Positions 42,101-56,123 of a stretch of 64,000 bases of DNA are shown here, piece after piece. This DNA comes from the human T2T-CHM13v2.0 reference genome, Homo sapiens, in assembly GCF_009914755.1 (NCBI RefSeq), contig NC_060948.1; one strand, 5' to 3'. The number at the start of each line of letters is the position of its first letter. Positions within the stretch are counted from its first letter, which is position 1. The translations under genes and the position numbers were made by a program. The notes beneath the pieces are model-generated. The model ran no database searches. It had not been told where the DNA came from and worked only from the letters and a program-made list of their open reading frames with translations.

Positions 42101-45100
42101 TCTTGAATAGACAGGAGAGACATCACCTAGGTTTTGCATTCAGCCATATGTCGCAATTCCTTCAATAAGCAAGACCCAGGCAAGAGAGCGGAGTTACATT
42201 TCAATAAGCAAGACCCAGGCAGGAGAGCAGAGTGATATTTCAAAATGTCCTCTGGGTGCGGGACACAGGCTGGAGAGACACATCACCTAGCCGAAAAGAC
42301 CAGAAATATGTAATAATATCCCCTGTTGACAGGGCCCAGGCAGAAGAGTCAAGTTATTATGATTCTGTCCCATTGACATGTAACAATAAACCCATGGAAA
42401 GGAATATGAGCCAAAAAGTCTCAACACCTGCATACTATGTCCAGTCGTATGACACAATCTCCTCATCTTTGAGAGTGACAGTTTTAACTTTTACCTGAAT
42501 ATGTATATTAGCGTCACAATTTCACATGTGTGCTGGGCCAATATACAACACTGTCTACAGGAGCTGAGGGTTTTATAAACCTGCATAAGAATTGCAAAGC
42601 TCTCTGAGGACTACATGCTCCTATGGACTCACAATCTTACATATGGCCCTAAACTCAGGTTTGATAGTCATCATCTCCCTATAGGCAGGGTTAGGGAGGA
42701 AGACCCATTATTATGCCAGTGGGCTGGGTCCAGAAATGAGTCACCATCCCAACTTTTGTCAGATTAACATATAAAAGTCAAACCTCCAACTTTGTGCTGT
42801 ATTCCCTGTTAGACTCAGGACCTCAACCTTGGACATTGTAAACGTTGGATGATGACAACTTTTGATTTCACCTGGGTGTGTAACCAGGAGTCTCAATCTG
42901 AACTTTTTGCTGGGCCCTGTTATGAAACATTCTACCACCAAAGAGTTTGAAAAAATATAACTCAGTGTTAAGCTTCTATGACCTTGGTAGAAATATGTAA
43001 CCCAGGAACTTACCTATTGCCCTAAGCCTAATGATGAGAGGTAAAATATCTCCTATTGGCTGAATCCCAAAATAAGTTTGATCATCATGCCTGTGAACTA
43101 AAAGCAAGATATATGTCATAATCCCATATGTGGCCAAATAAGTATGCAGGAGGGAAACATCACTTATATGGTGTGCCAGGCAATATGTCAAATTGCCTTC
43201 TTCAGGCAGGGTATAGGGGATATTAGGTCACAATAACCGGGTGTTGGAGCCAGCAATATGACAACATCTCACATGTAGAAAATACCCAGCCAAGTTAGGA
43301 GAGCCAAAACATCTGCATTATGGGCTGAAGATATGTCAAAATACCTTCAGTGGCTCCAACACAGGCCGGAGAGTCACATCATAAGGATGCTGGGCTTATC
43401 AATATGCAATATGCCATAGTTTCTTCTTTGTGCAAAACCCAGGCAGGTGAGTAACATCATCGGGATGCTGGGCCCTGCAATAGGTCCAAATTCTTTTTTT
43501 GTGGGCATGGCTCGGGAACAAGAGGAGAGTCACATATTCTGCGTGCTGGGATCAGCAATGTGCCAAAATCCTCTTAATGTGAAGCCCCAGGCAGAAAAAT
43601 AGAGTCACATTTTTAGATCATGGGCTCAGAAATATGTCCAAATGTTTCCAGTAGGCAGGGCTCATTGAGACGAGGAAAGTCATATCACCTGGGTGCTTCC
43701 CTTCAAATATGCATAATGTAACATGTAAGCAGAAACAAGGTAGAGGAGCCACGTCCCTTGGGTGCTGGGTCCTGAGATATGTCACAAGGCTGTCTTAGGA
43801 TATCATCCAGGAAAGGGAGTTACATAAATGAGGTACAAATTCTCTGCTTATTCCACAATGCTCCATGTGAGTAGATCCCAGAGAGGGAGTCACTTCAACC
43901 AGGTGATAGCTGAAGAGACGTGTCACAGTGTCCTCTATGAAGCACAGCCCTGGCTAAAGAGTACCCTCACCTGTGTGCCTGGCCTAGAAATATGTCACTC
44001 TCCAGGTTGGCAGGGCCCAAGCCGGAGAGCCACATAACTTAGGTGACAGGCCTAGAGATATGTCACAGTGCCCTACTTTCAGCATGGCTCTGGCAAAAGA
44101 ATACCCTCACCTGTGTGACTGGCATTGCAATATGTCACTATCCTTCCTTCGGGCAGGGCCCATTCCAAAGAAGAGAGTTACATCACCTATGAGGTGGACA
44201 CAGGAATATGTCACAGTAATTTTTGTGGACATGGCACAGGCAAGAATGTAACATCACCTGGCTGCTAGATCCAGTGATCTGTCACAACACTTACTGAGAG
44301 AAGAGCCCAGGCATGGCAGTCATATCCCCTTGAGGCTGACCCAGCTAGATATCACAATTTCATATATAAACTGGGACCATTCTGGAAAGTCCAACTACAC
44401 AGGTGCTTGGCAAATATGTATATCACAATCACACTGTCAGAAAATGTCAAAGGTGAGTTTTATGATACCACACATGTCCTGTTTTTACGTGTGACAGTTG
44501 GCTGCAACCATGTGGGATGATGACAGTTATTTCTGTCAGCTGGGTTTGCATACAGGACTCACAATTTCACCTGTGTGCTGAGTGCTACATTGGTTCTGCT
44601 TGTATAACCCAAAGACTCTATAAAAGTATGTGTCAATGTTGTAATCTTTTGTGATGTTTGTACAAGAATGTGATCCATGATATCACACATGTCCCTACAC
44701 CTAGTTATAAGAGCCTAAATATTCTCTATTTGCTGAGTTCACATCTAAGAGTCGTTATCATTCCTGCGAGCCTTGCGTAGGTATATGTTACAATTCCATG
44801 AGTGGTTATGAAGCAGGCAGAACAGCCTCATCACCTAAATTCTGGGCCTGAAATATTTCAATATTATCTTTGTAGACAGGGTCCTGTCAGAAATGCCACA
44901 TGACTTGTGTGCTGGGTCCAGCTCTGTGGCACAATGTCCCTTGTGGGTAGTGTCCAGGAAGAAGAGGAGAGTAATATCACCTAAATGATAGGCCCCAAAA
45001 TATGTCAAAATGCCTCCTGTTGACAGGGCCCAGGAAAGAGAGTCGTATCATTTAGATGCAGTGTTTAGAAATGCTACAATTACCAAAGTAAGCAGGGTAC

Positions 45101-48100
45101 AGGCAGGAGAGGAGAATCATGTAACCTAGATGATGTGTTCAGAAATATGATACAATCCCTCCTGAGGCCATTGTTAAAATAGCACGGTAAAATCATCAAG
45201 TTACTTGGCCAGGTATTTGTCAAAATCTGATTTGTGGGCTATACCTAGGAAGAATTATTAAATCTCTCTGGAGCTGGACAAAGGTATGTGTCACAATTTC
45301 ACTTGTGGAAAGATTTAGGAATTACAGTCACCATCCTGCACATGTCCTGGCTCCAAACATATGAGTTGTTATTAGGCTTTTGTTTTGGTCTCAGGTATAT
45401 GACACAATATCACCTGTGGCCAGAAAGAAGGCAAGAAACTCACATCACCTACATGGGTGCAGGTCCAGTGAGATGTTGCAATCCACCTGGTGGGCAAAAC
45501 GCTTGCAGAATTGTCAGATCACTTGGATGCTGGTTTCAGTGATATATTTTTAAAAAGCCCTCTGTGGGAAGGACTTTGGCATGAGAGAAGACTCACTTCA
45601 TCTAGGAAATTGGCCTAGATTATGTCACAATGACCATTAACTGCAGTAAGAAGGCTAAAGAGTGCCCTCACCTTGGTGCTGTACCCAGGAATATGTCCCA
45701 AGCTCCCTGTGGTCAGGACACAATGAAAAGTGAAGAAACATCACCCAGGTGCTGAGCCAAGTGGTATGTTACTATGTTGGCAGAACCCCCCAAAAAATCA
45801 CATCTCCTGGGTGCAGTAGCCTGTTATGTGTCACAGTGCTCTGTAACTGCAGGGCCAAGACAGTAGAAGAGAGTGACATCACTTATGTGATGGACCTAAA
45901 TGTAAGACACAATTCTCTTTTTAGGCAGTTTTCAGGCAGGTAAATCACATCACCTGGGTGACGGTCCCAGTGATATATAAAAGTGCCCCTTATAGGCAGA
46001 GACAAGGATGATGTTATATATTGATTAGGGGCTTGTTCCGCATATGGCAAAATTTCATCTGTGGTCTGGGCCTAGAAATGTGCATCAAATTACTCATATG
46101 CTGGGAAGGGTTGCATGACCCAATCATACTTTCAAGAAGGTTCAGAAATAATTTTCAGTTCACTCAAGTCCGAGCTTTGAGTATGCGAATCAACACATTC
46201 TACGAGTTGGGTTGTAGTACAGGAGTCACAATCTCAGCAATGGGAAGATCCATGTGTAAGAGCCCCAATCCCACCCGAAGACTGTGTTCTAATAAGAGAG
46301 ACACAGCACCACAGTTCTACTTAATCATGGTTCCAATGCCATCAAACACCTGTGGATCAGATTCACGTACAAGTGTAACAGTTTCAAGTCTTATGTGTGT
46401 GAGATTTAGCACTGCATTGGTAGGCTCTGTTCATGTGTGAGAATAACAATTGTGTCAGCTTGGTGTGCATTCAAGAGTCACAATACCACCTGGTTTTGGG
46501 TGCCTGTTATGACACTCTTTGTACCACTCAGGCTTTATACGATATGCCTGAGTGGGATACTTTTCTGTGTATTCTTAGAGGTGGGTAATATAGAACTCTA
46601 CCCATGGCCATAGAGTTATTATTGTGCATGTGAGCTGAATCCAGGTATATGTCCCAAATTCACCTTTGGACAGAGACAAGACAGAAGAGTCTCATCATCT
46701 GGATTCTGATCCAGGGATACATTTTATTCTGCACTGTAGGCAGGACTCAGTCAGAAGAATCATATCACCTGGGTACACTCTCAAATAATATGTCATCATG
46801 CCTACTGAATACAGGGATTAAAAAAAGTGGATAGTCAAATTCTCTAAGGACTGGGCTCAGCACATCTTCTCGGACTCTCTTGGCAGAGCCCAGGACAAAG
46901 GGGAGAGTCACATCACCTAGGTTTTTCACTCAGTGGTATGTCACAATTTCTTCAGTGGGCAGGATTCAGCAGGAGAGGAGATTCACATTACCTAGATGCT
47001 TTATCTAGTGATATGTCACAGTGTCCTTTGTGGGCAGGGCACTGGCAGGAGAGACACACCACTTAGCTGATAGGCCTAAAGACATGTGATCATATCCCCT
47101 GTTGTCAGGGTCCAAGCAGAGGGTTAAACTATTATGATTCTAAGCAAGGGATGTTTTACAATGCAACCATGGAAAAGAATTTAAGCCTAAAATTCTCAAC
47201 ACCTAGAGGTACTAGGCCTCGTGATATGGCACAATCTCTTCATCTATTAGGGTGACAACTTTGACTGTTTGGTGAGTATATAGGAGTCACAATCTCATGT
47301 GTATTCTGGGTGATCCTATGACACAATCTACAACATACAAAGGCTTTAAGCAACATGCATGAGAGTTGCAATCCATTCTGAGGCCTACATGCTCCTATTG
47401 ACTCACAATCTTACATACTGCTTTAAACTCAGTTATGATAGGCAACATTCCTCTTATAGGCTAGATTCAGACAGAAGACACATTATTATGCCCCTGATGT
47501 GGGTCCAGAAGTGAGTTACCATCTCACCTGTAGCAAGATCCATATATGAAAGTCACAATTCCATCTTTGTACTTTATTTACTTGTTAGACTCAGGACTTC
47601 AACAGTGGGCTTTGTAAATGTGGGATTTTGACAACTTTTTCTCTCACCTGCATGTGTAATCAAGAGTCAAAACCTTAACTTTTACTGGGCCCTGTTATAA
47701 AACTCTGTGTACCAACCAAGGAGTTTATAGATTATGTGTTACTGTTGTAACCTTCTGTGAACTTTGTACAAATTTGCAACTCATAACCTTACCTATTGTT
47801 CTAAGTGTAGCCATGAAAGGCAAAACATCTACTATTGGTGAAATTTCAATTTCAGCTTGATCATAATGCGTCTGAATTGAAGGAATGTAAATTTCATACC
47901 ATTTGTAGAAAAAAAAAAAAACTTTTCAGAAAGGTAGCATACTTAGGTGCTGTGCCAAGCAATATATCACAAGGCCCTCTCAATGCAGGTCTAGAAATTG
48001 GGGTTATGATAACTGGGTGCTGGACTCAGCAATAAGACATAAACCCAAATGTAGAATATGTAGGAAAAAGAAATGCATACTAATGATGAGAACAAGATTA

Positions 48101-51100
48101 CCTACAGAATAGGCCCATGGTATGTAAAAATACTTTGTTATTCTAGCACAGGCAAAAGAGTTACATCATCAGGGTGGGGGCCCCAGCAATATGCCATAAT
48201 TCTCTCTTTATGCTGGACCTAGTAACAAGAGAACTGTCATCTTCATGCTGGGATCAGTGATACATCAAAGTTCCTTTTCATGGGCATAGTTCAGGAAAAA
48301 AGGAGTCAATTTACCTAAGTATTGGGCCTAGCAGTATATCACATCACCCCATTCTAAAGGCTCTTGCAGAAAAAAAGATTCACATCACTTAAGACACAGG
48401 CTCAGATATATGGCCCAATGTCCCAAGTAGGCAGGACTCATGCAGAAGAGAAGAGTCATATCACCTAGGTGCTTCCTAGGTATATGACACAATCTAACAT
48501 GTGAGGTGAAGCCAGGCAGAAGAGTCACATCACCTTGATGCTGGGTCCTAAGATATGTCACAAGACTTCCTTAAGACAGGACACAGAAAAGAGAGTTACA
48601 AAAAATAAGTACAAAAAAATATCACAATGCTCCATGTGGGCAAGACAGAAGCAGGGAGTCACATCACCTAGGGGACTGGCCGAGAGATATGTCACAATGT
48701 CCTCCTTGAGTCATGGCCCTGGTGAAAGAGTACCATCACCCATGTGCGTAGCCTAGCAATATGTCCACTATCCAGGTAAGCAGGACCCAAGCAGGAGAGC
48801 AACATCATCTAGCTGATAGGCCCAGAGATTTGTCACAGTGACCTCTTTAGGACATGGCCCTAGCAAGAAAGTACCATCACCTCTGTGCATTATGTTGTTA
48901 TCCAGGTAAGCAGTACCCAAGCAGGAGTGCAGTATCACCTAGGATAGGCCAAGAGATTTGTCACAATGCCCTCTTTAGGACATGGTACTAGCAAAATAGT
49001 CCTGTCACCTCTGTGCCTGGCCCAGCCACATGTCACTATCACCCACTGAGTGCTGTGCCCATTCTAATAAGGAGAGTTGTGTTGCCTAAGTTGTTGACAC
49101 AGTGGTATGGCCCAGTGATTTCTCTATGCATGGCTTAGGCAAAAATGTAACATGACCTGGGTGCTGGATCTAGTGATATGTCATGATTCTTAATGACAGC
49201 AGGGCCGAGGCAGGAGCATCACATCACCTAAAGTTTGGCCCAGGTAGGTATCACAATAACATATGTGGACTGGAACAAGTCTGGAGAACAAAATCACACA
49301 GGTGCTTGGCGAAGATTTATATCACTCACACTGGCAGAAAATTCTGAGGATGAGATTTATAATACCACACATGTCCTGTTTTCATGATTGACAGTTGGCA
49401 TCATATATGTGAGACGGTGACAGTACTTGCTGTCAGCTGAGTGCACATATAAGACTCACAGTTTCACCTTTCTCTTGGGTTCTGTTATAAAACTCTCTGT
49501 ATGGGCCAAGGTGTTTATAAAACATCTGAGGCTCTTATAACCTTCCTTGTCTTCTTTTTTACCAGAAAGTGATTTAATCTCTCATGTTTCTGAAGCAAGT
49601 TATGAGACTCAGAATTAACCGTATTTACGGGGTCCACATATGAGGGTCATTATCATGTCTCTAAGTTGTACCTAGGTATATGTAACAATTTATATTGTGG
49701 CTTATGAAATAGGCACGACAGCCAAGTACACTAAATGCTGAGCCAGAAATGTTCTAATATTCTCCTTGTAGGCATACTCCTGGCAGTAAAGTTGCATAAA
49801 CTGGGGGTTACACCCAGATATATGGCACAATGCTCCTGTGGGCAGTTTCCAGACAGAAGAAGAGACTCATATCACCTAAATGCTAGGACCAGAGATATGC
49901 CGCAATGTCTCGTGTTGAAGGGACCAGGAAATGGAGTCATATCATTTGGATGGCATGATTAGAGATGCTGGAATCCCCAGTGGAAGGAGGGTTCAGACAG
50001 CAGAGGAGAGTAAGACAACTAGACGAGGGGTCCAAAGCCATGTTACAATCCTTCCTGAGGATATTCTTAAGACAGGAGAGTCAAATTGCCAAGGTGCTCA
50101 GCTGAGTAATATGTCCAAATCTCATTTGTGGGCAACATTTAGGCAAGATGATTAAGTCACTCAAGAGATGGGAAATAGACTATGTCACAATAACACTGGT
50201 GGAAAGTTTCAGCAATGGGAGTCACCATCTTTGATGTGACCTGGCTTCAGGTCTAACAGTCATGATTAGTCCTCTTGTTTGCTCTCAAGTATATGGCATG
50301 ATATCGTCTATGGACAGAGAGCAAGCAGAAATGTCACATCACTTGTGAGGGTGCTGGTCCAGTGAGATGTCACAATCTTTCTTGTGGCCAGGACCCTGGA
50401 AGAAGAGGCATATCACCTGGAAGCTGGTTTCAGTGATATGTCAAAATTTCTTCTGTTGGGCAGGGCTTAAGAAGGTGAGGAGAATCACTTTACCTACATC
50501 TAGGCAATTGGCCTAGATATATGTCACAATGGCCACTAGGTGCAAAACCAAAGTATGAAAATGACCTCACCTTGGAGGTGGGTTTATCAATATGTCACAA
50601 TCTCCCCTGTGGTCAGGGTGAGGTAGGAGAGTAGAAACATCACCTAAGTGCTAAGCCAAGTGATATGTTACAAAGCTTTCTGTTTGTAGAACCCAGAATG
50701 GAGTGTCACATTTTCTGAGTATACTATCCAGTTATGTGTCACAATGCACCATAATTACAGGGCAAAGGCAGTGGAAGTGAGTCACGTCACTTACATGATG
50801 GACCTAGATAAAAGCCACAATGCTTTATATAGGCAGGAATCAAGCAAATAATACACATCTCCTGGCTGCTCATCCCAGTGATATGTAAAAGTGACATTTG
50901 TAGGCAGGCCCAGGCACCTTTGCTTAGGTTTTTGGTCCACATATGTCACAATTTCATCTCGGGTTATGGCCTAAAAAGGAGAGTCAAATTACTCAGGACC
51001 TGGGCTAACTTTTAAGTCCTAATCATACACCAGGAAATATTCTGAAGTAAGTTTCACAGCCCCACACAAGTCCTGGCTTTATGTATGAAAGTCAACACCT

Positions 51101-51296
51101 TCTGTGAGTTGGGTCGAAACAGAGGAGACACAATCTAAACAATGGGCATAATCCATGTAGAAGATGGCAATCCCACTTGATAACTGCATTCCAGGGGGAG
51201 AGTCCCAGCCTCACAGATGTGCTGAACCATGCAACCCCAAACCACCTGTGAGTCAGATCCACATATGAGAGGAACAATTTCAATCTTTTACTGCTC

Positions 51297-51837
51297 TTTT
51301 GGTGAGATTTAGTACTTTATTTGCAGGTTCTGTTCTTGTGAGAGAATGATAGTCGCGTCAGCTGGGTGTGAATCCAATAATCACAATAGCATTGGTTTGC
51401 TGTTCCCTGTTATAACACTCATTGTACTACTCACATTTTCTATGATACGCTGGGAGTGTCATAATACTGTGTGAACTTTATACCACTATGAGAACCATTA
51501 CTTTGCTTGTGGCCATAAGAATGGCAATGAGAATCAAAATATCTCTCCTCTTTGGGTCCAGGTATGATAGTTGTATTATTGCATGGTATCTGAAGCTGGG
51601 TATATGACAAAATTTTACCTGCGGGCAGAAACAGAGCAGGAGAGTCTCATCACCTGGATGGTGAGCTCAGGATACATTATAATCTTAGAGAAACAGAGAA
51701 GACTCACATCACCTGGGTGCTGGACTCCGCAATATGTGATAATCCCTTGTTTTGGCAGACTCCAGAATAAAGAGGAGAGTTGCATTACCCAGTTTTTGCA
51801 GTCAGCGTTATGTCACAATTCTTTTAGTGGGCAGGAC
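51297..51837 (-). other. BPY2: Putative BPY2 3' UTR exons (about 51713-51837 and 51297-51618)
   Basis: Acceptor ctctcctgcctag|GTCC at 51837, donor CCCAG|gtgatgtgagt at 51713, acceptor tttctgcccgcag|GTAA at 51618, and AATAAA on the minus strand at 51316-51321. The choice among many similar sites leans on my recollection of the mRNA and is unverified. Confidence 0.5.
51316..51321 (-). terminator. Candidate polyadenylation signal AATAAA for BPY2
   Basis: tttatt on the plus strand, at the end of the putative terminal exon. Confidence 0.45.
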
Positions 51838-54800
51838 CTAGGCAGGAGAGAAGAATCACATTTCCTAGATGTTATCACCGATGATGTCACAATGTTCTTT
51901 GGTGAAAAAGCAGAAGCAAAATAGACAAATCACCCAAGAAATAGGCTCAGATATATGTGACAATATCCCTACTTGGCAGGATCAAGTAGTAAAAAGTCAC
52001 ATTATTGTGATTCTGACCCAACGATATGTCACAATGCACACATGGGAAACAAAGCAGTTTTTACACCTGGGTACTAGGCCCAATGATATGACAATATCTC
52101 CTCATCTTTTAGGGTGACACCTTTAACTGTTAACTCATATGTATGTAAGTCACATTGTCACGTGTGTGCTGGGCCATTGTATGATAACCTCTAGAACATC
52201 TGAGAGTTTTATACAACATGCGTGAGATTCACAAACTACTCTGAGGTCCACATGCTCATTTTGACTCTGAATATTATATATTGCCTTAAACCCAGATATG
52301 AGAGTCAGTATCTCTCATTTATGCTTAGTTCAGGAATGAGGCTTATTTTTATGCCTGTGAGCTGGGTCTAAAAATGAGTGATGGTTGCACCTGTGGCAAA
52401 ATCCACAAATGAGAGTCACAATTCCATCTTTGTACTGTTTTACTTGTTAGACTCAGTATCTCAGCAATGGGCTTTCTTAATGAGGGGTGGTGACAAGTTT
52501 TACTTTCAATTGTGTGTGTAATTCAGAATCACAATCTTAACTTTTTGCTGGGCTTTGTTAGGAAACGCTGTACCACCCAAGGAGTTTATACAATATTAAT
52601 TATTGTTCTGTGAGCTTTCCTCAAATACGCAACCCAGGATTTTACCTATTGCCCTAAGCCTTGCGATGAGAGGCAAAATATCTTCTATTTGCTGAATCAC
52701 AATGTAAGTTTGACCATCATACCTGTAAACTGAAGCAAGGTATATTTTATAATCCCATTTGTGGGCAAAAAATTACCAAAAAGAGTAATGTCACTTAGGT
52801 GCTGTGGCACGCAGCATGTCACAGTGCTGTCTCTAGGCAGAATACAGAAAGCAGGGTCATGTTATCTGGATGCTGGACCTAGCAATATGACACAATTTTA
52901 CTTGTTAAAAAAAGAAACTCAACCAAGGGATGAAAGCCAAAACACTTACAGATTTGGCTGAAGATATGTCAAAATGCCCTCTGTGGCTCTGGCACTGGTG
53001 GGACTGAAGCATCATTAGAGTGTTGGGCCTACCATTATGCAATCACTCCCTCATTATTCAGGACTGCAGCAGAAGAGTAACATCATCTGAGTGCAATAGG
53101 TGAAATTTTCCCTTTGTGGGCATGGTTCAGAAAAAAGGAAATAGTCACATAACCTAAATCCTGGTCTCAGAAATACATCACAATTTCAGCATTTTAAAGG
53201 CTGAGGCAAGGGAAGAGAGTCATATCACTTAGGTCATGGGCTTAGAAACATGTCCCAATGTCCCCAGTAGGCAGAAGTCAGGCAGAATTCAGGCAGAAGA
53301 GGAGAGTGGTGTCTCATTGGTGCTTCTTTAGGTGTATGTCTCAATCTAACACATGGGCAGAACCAGACAGAAGAGCCATATAACCTGGGTACTGGGTCCT
53401 AAGGTATGTTGCAAATCCCGATTAGTTCAGAACCAAGGTGAAAGAGTTACATCACCTTGGTTCAGGTTTCACTTTCATGTCACAATGCTCTATGTGTGTG
53501 AGGCCAAAGCATTTAGTCCCATAAACTAGTTTATTGGCCCAAGAGATAGGTCACAAAGTCCCCTGTGAAGCATAGTCTTGGCAAAAGAGTATCATCACCT
53601 GTGTGCCTGGCCTAGAAATATGTCATTCTCCAGGTTGTCAGGGCCCAAGCAGGAGAGCCGCTTAACCTAGGTAATAGGTGCAGAGATATGTCACAATGCC
53701 CTACTTTGGGCATGGCTGTGGCAAAAAGTACCCACAGCTGTATGCCTGGCTTCACAATATGTCACCATCCTTCCTTTGTGCAAGGCCCATTCCAGAGATC
53801 AGAGTTTCATCCCTATGAGGTGCACACACAAATATGTTCACAATAATTTTGGTTGGCGTGGCACAGGCAAGAATGTGAACATCACCTGGATGCTAGATCC
53901 AGTGATATGTACAATCCTTACTGAGAGAAGGGCCCAGGCAGGAGAGTCACATCTCCTTGAGGTTGGCCTAGGTAGATATCACAATCCCACATATGGGCTG
54001 GAACAAGTCTGGAGAGTCAAATTACACTGGTGCTTAGCAAAGATTTATATCACAATCACACTGTCAGAAAATTCCAAAGATGTGATTTACAATACCACAC
54101 ATGTCCTGTTTTCATGTGTGACAGTTGACTTCATCCATGAGAGATGATGACAGTCCTTACTGTCAGGCGGGTGTGCATACAAGACTCACAATTTCACCTG
54201 AGTTGAACCCTGCTTTGACTCTTTCTGTATAAACCAAAGACTCTGTAAAATGTGTGTGTTGTAATCTTTTGTGATGTTTGTACAAGAAAGTGATTCAGGA
54301 CATCACGCATGTCCCTAAACTGAATTATAAGAGTAAAAATATTCTCTGTTGGATGAGTCCACATATAAGAGTCATTATTATTCCTGCAAGCCCTGCCTAG
54401 GTATTTGTTATAATTTGTTCTGTTGTTATGAATCAGGCCTAACAGCCACATCACCTAAATGCTGGGCCAGAAATATTCCAGTATTCTTTTTGCAGGAGGG
54501 GTCTTGTCCAAAATATCACATAACTTGTGTGCTAAATCCAACTCTGTTGCACAATGTTCATTTTGGGCTGTGTCTAGGCAGGAGAGGAGAGTCACAGGAC
54601 CTAAAAGCTGGGCTCAAGCATGTGTCAAAATGCCTCTCAACAGGAGAGTTTCTCCAAAAAAAGAGAGCCATGTCATTTGAATGCAGTGTTTAGAAAAGGT
54701 ACAATTACTATAGGAAGCAGGGTACAGGTCAAAGAGGAGAGTCATATACCCTAAATAATGGGTCCAGAAACATGTGACTATTTTGCCTGAGGACACTTTT

Positions 54801-55662
54801 TAGATAGCACAGTCAAATCACCAAGGTGCTTGATGAAGATATTTGTCAAAATCGCTTTTGTAGGCTATATCTAGGCAGAATTATTAAATCACTCAGGAAC
54901 TGAAATACAATATATGTCACAATTACACTTGCGGAAAGGTTTAGGTATAAGACTCAACTGTGGGCTTTGTAAATGTGGGATGGTGGCAACTTTTAATTCC
55001 ACCTGGGTGTGTAATCGAGAGTCCCAATTTGAACTTTTTGCTGGCCCCTGCTATAAAAATTTCTACCACAAAGGAGTTTATAAAATGTAAGTTAGTTGTG
55101 TAAGTTTCTGTGAGCTTGGTACAAATATGCAGCCCAGGACCTTATCTATTGCCCCAAGCCTAACAATGAAAGGCAAATATTTTCTATTGGCTGAATCCCA
55201 GTATAAGTTTGATCATCATGGCTGTGAGCTTAAACTGGGTATATGTTATAATGACATATGTGGGCAAAACACTACGCAGAAGGGTAACATCACTCAGATG
55301 CTGTGCCCAGCAATATGTCACAATGCCTTCTGTATGCAGGGTGTAGGAAATTGGGTCACGTTAACTGGGTGCTGGACCCAGAAATACGACACAATTTCAC
55401 ATGTGTAAGAAACCCAGCCCAGTTATGAGAGCCAAAACACCTACATAATGGGCATAATATATGTCAAAATACTTTCGGTATCAGCAGCACAGGCAGGAGC
55501 ATCACATCTTAAGGGTGCTGGGCCCAGCAATATACAATATGCCATAATTATCTCTTTATGCAGATCCCATGCAGAAGAGTAACATGATCTGCATGCTGGG
55601 CAATAATATGTGTCAAATTTCTTTTTTGTAGGCATGGTTCAGGAGAAAGAGAAGAGAAACAG

Positions 55663-56123
55663 ATCCTGAGTCCTGGGCTCAGCAATGTAACAAAATCCTC
55701 CTTTTATGAAGGCCCAGGAAGAAAAACAGAGTCACATCACTTAGGTCATGGGCTCAGAGACATGTCCTAATATTCCAACTAGGCAGAGCTCAGGCAGGTG
55801 AGGACAGCCGAGAGTCACATATCCTGAGTCCTGGGCTCAGCAATGTGACAAAATCCTCCTTTTATGAAGGCCCAGGAAGAAAAAGAGTCACATCACTTAG
55901 GTCATGGGCTCAGAGACATGTCCTAATACTCCAACTAGGCAGAGCTCAGGCAGGTGAGGACAGCCGAGAGTCACATATCCTGAGTCCTGGGCTCAGCAAT
56001 GTGACAAAATCCTCCTTTTATGAAGGCCCAGGAAGGAAAAGAGAGTCACATCACTTAGGTCATGGGCTCAGAGATATGTCCTAATACTCCAACGAGGCAG
56101 AGCTCAGGCAGATGAGGACAGCC
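55663..56123 (+). repeat. Recent ~157-bp triple tandem repeat inside the beta-satellite array
   Basis: atcctgagtcctgggctcagcaatgt starts at 55663, 55821 and 55977; the copies are nearly identical. Confidence 0.95.
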
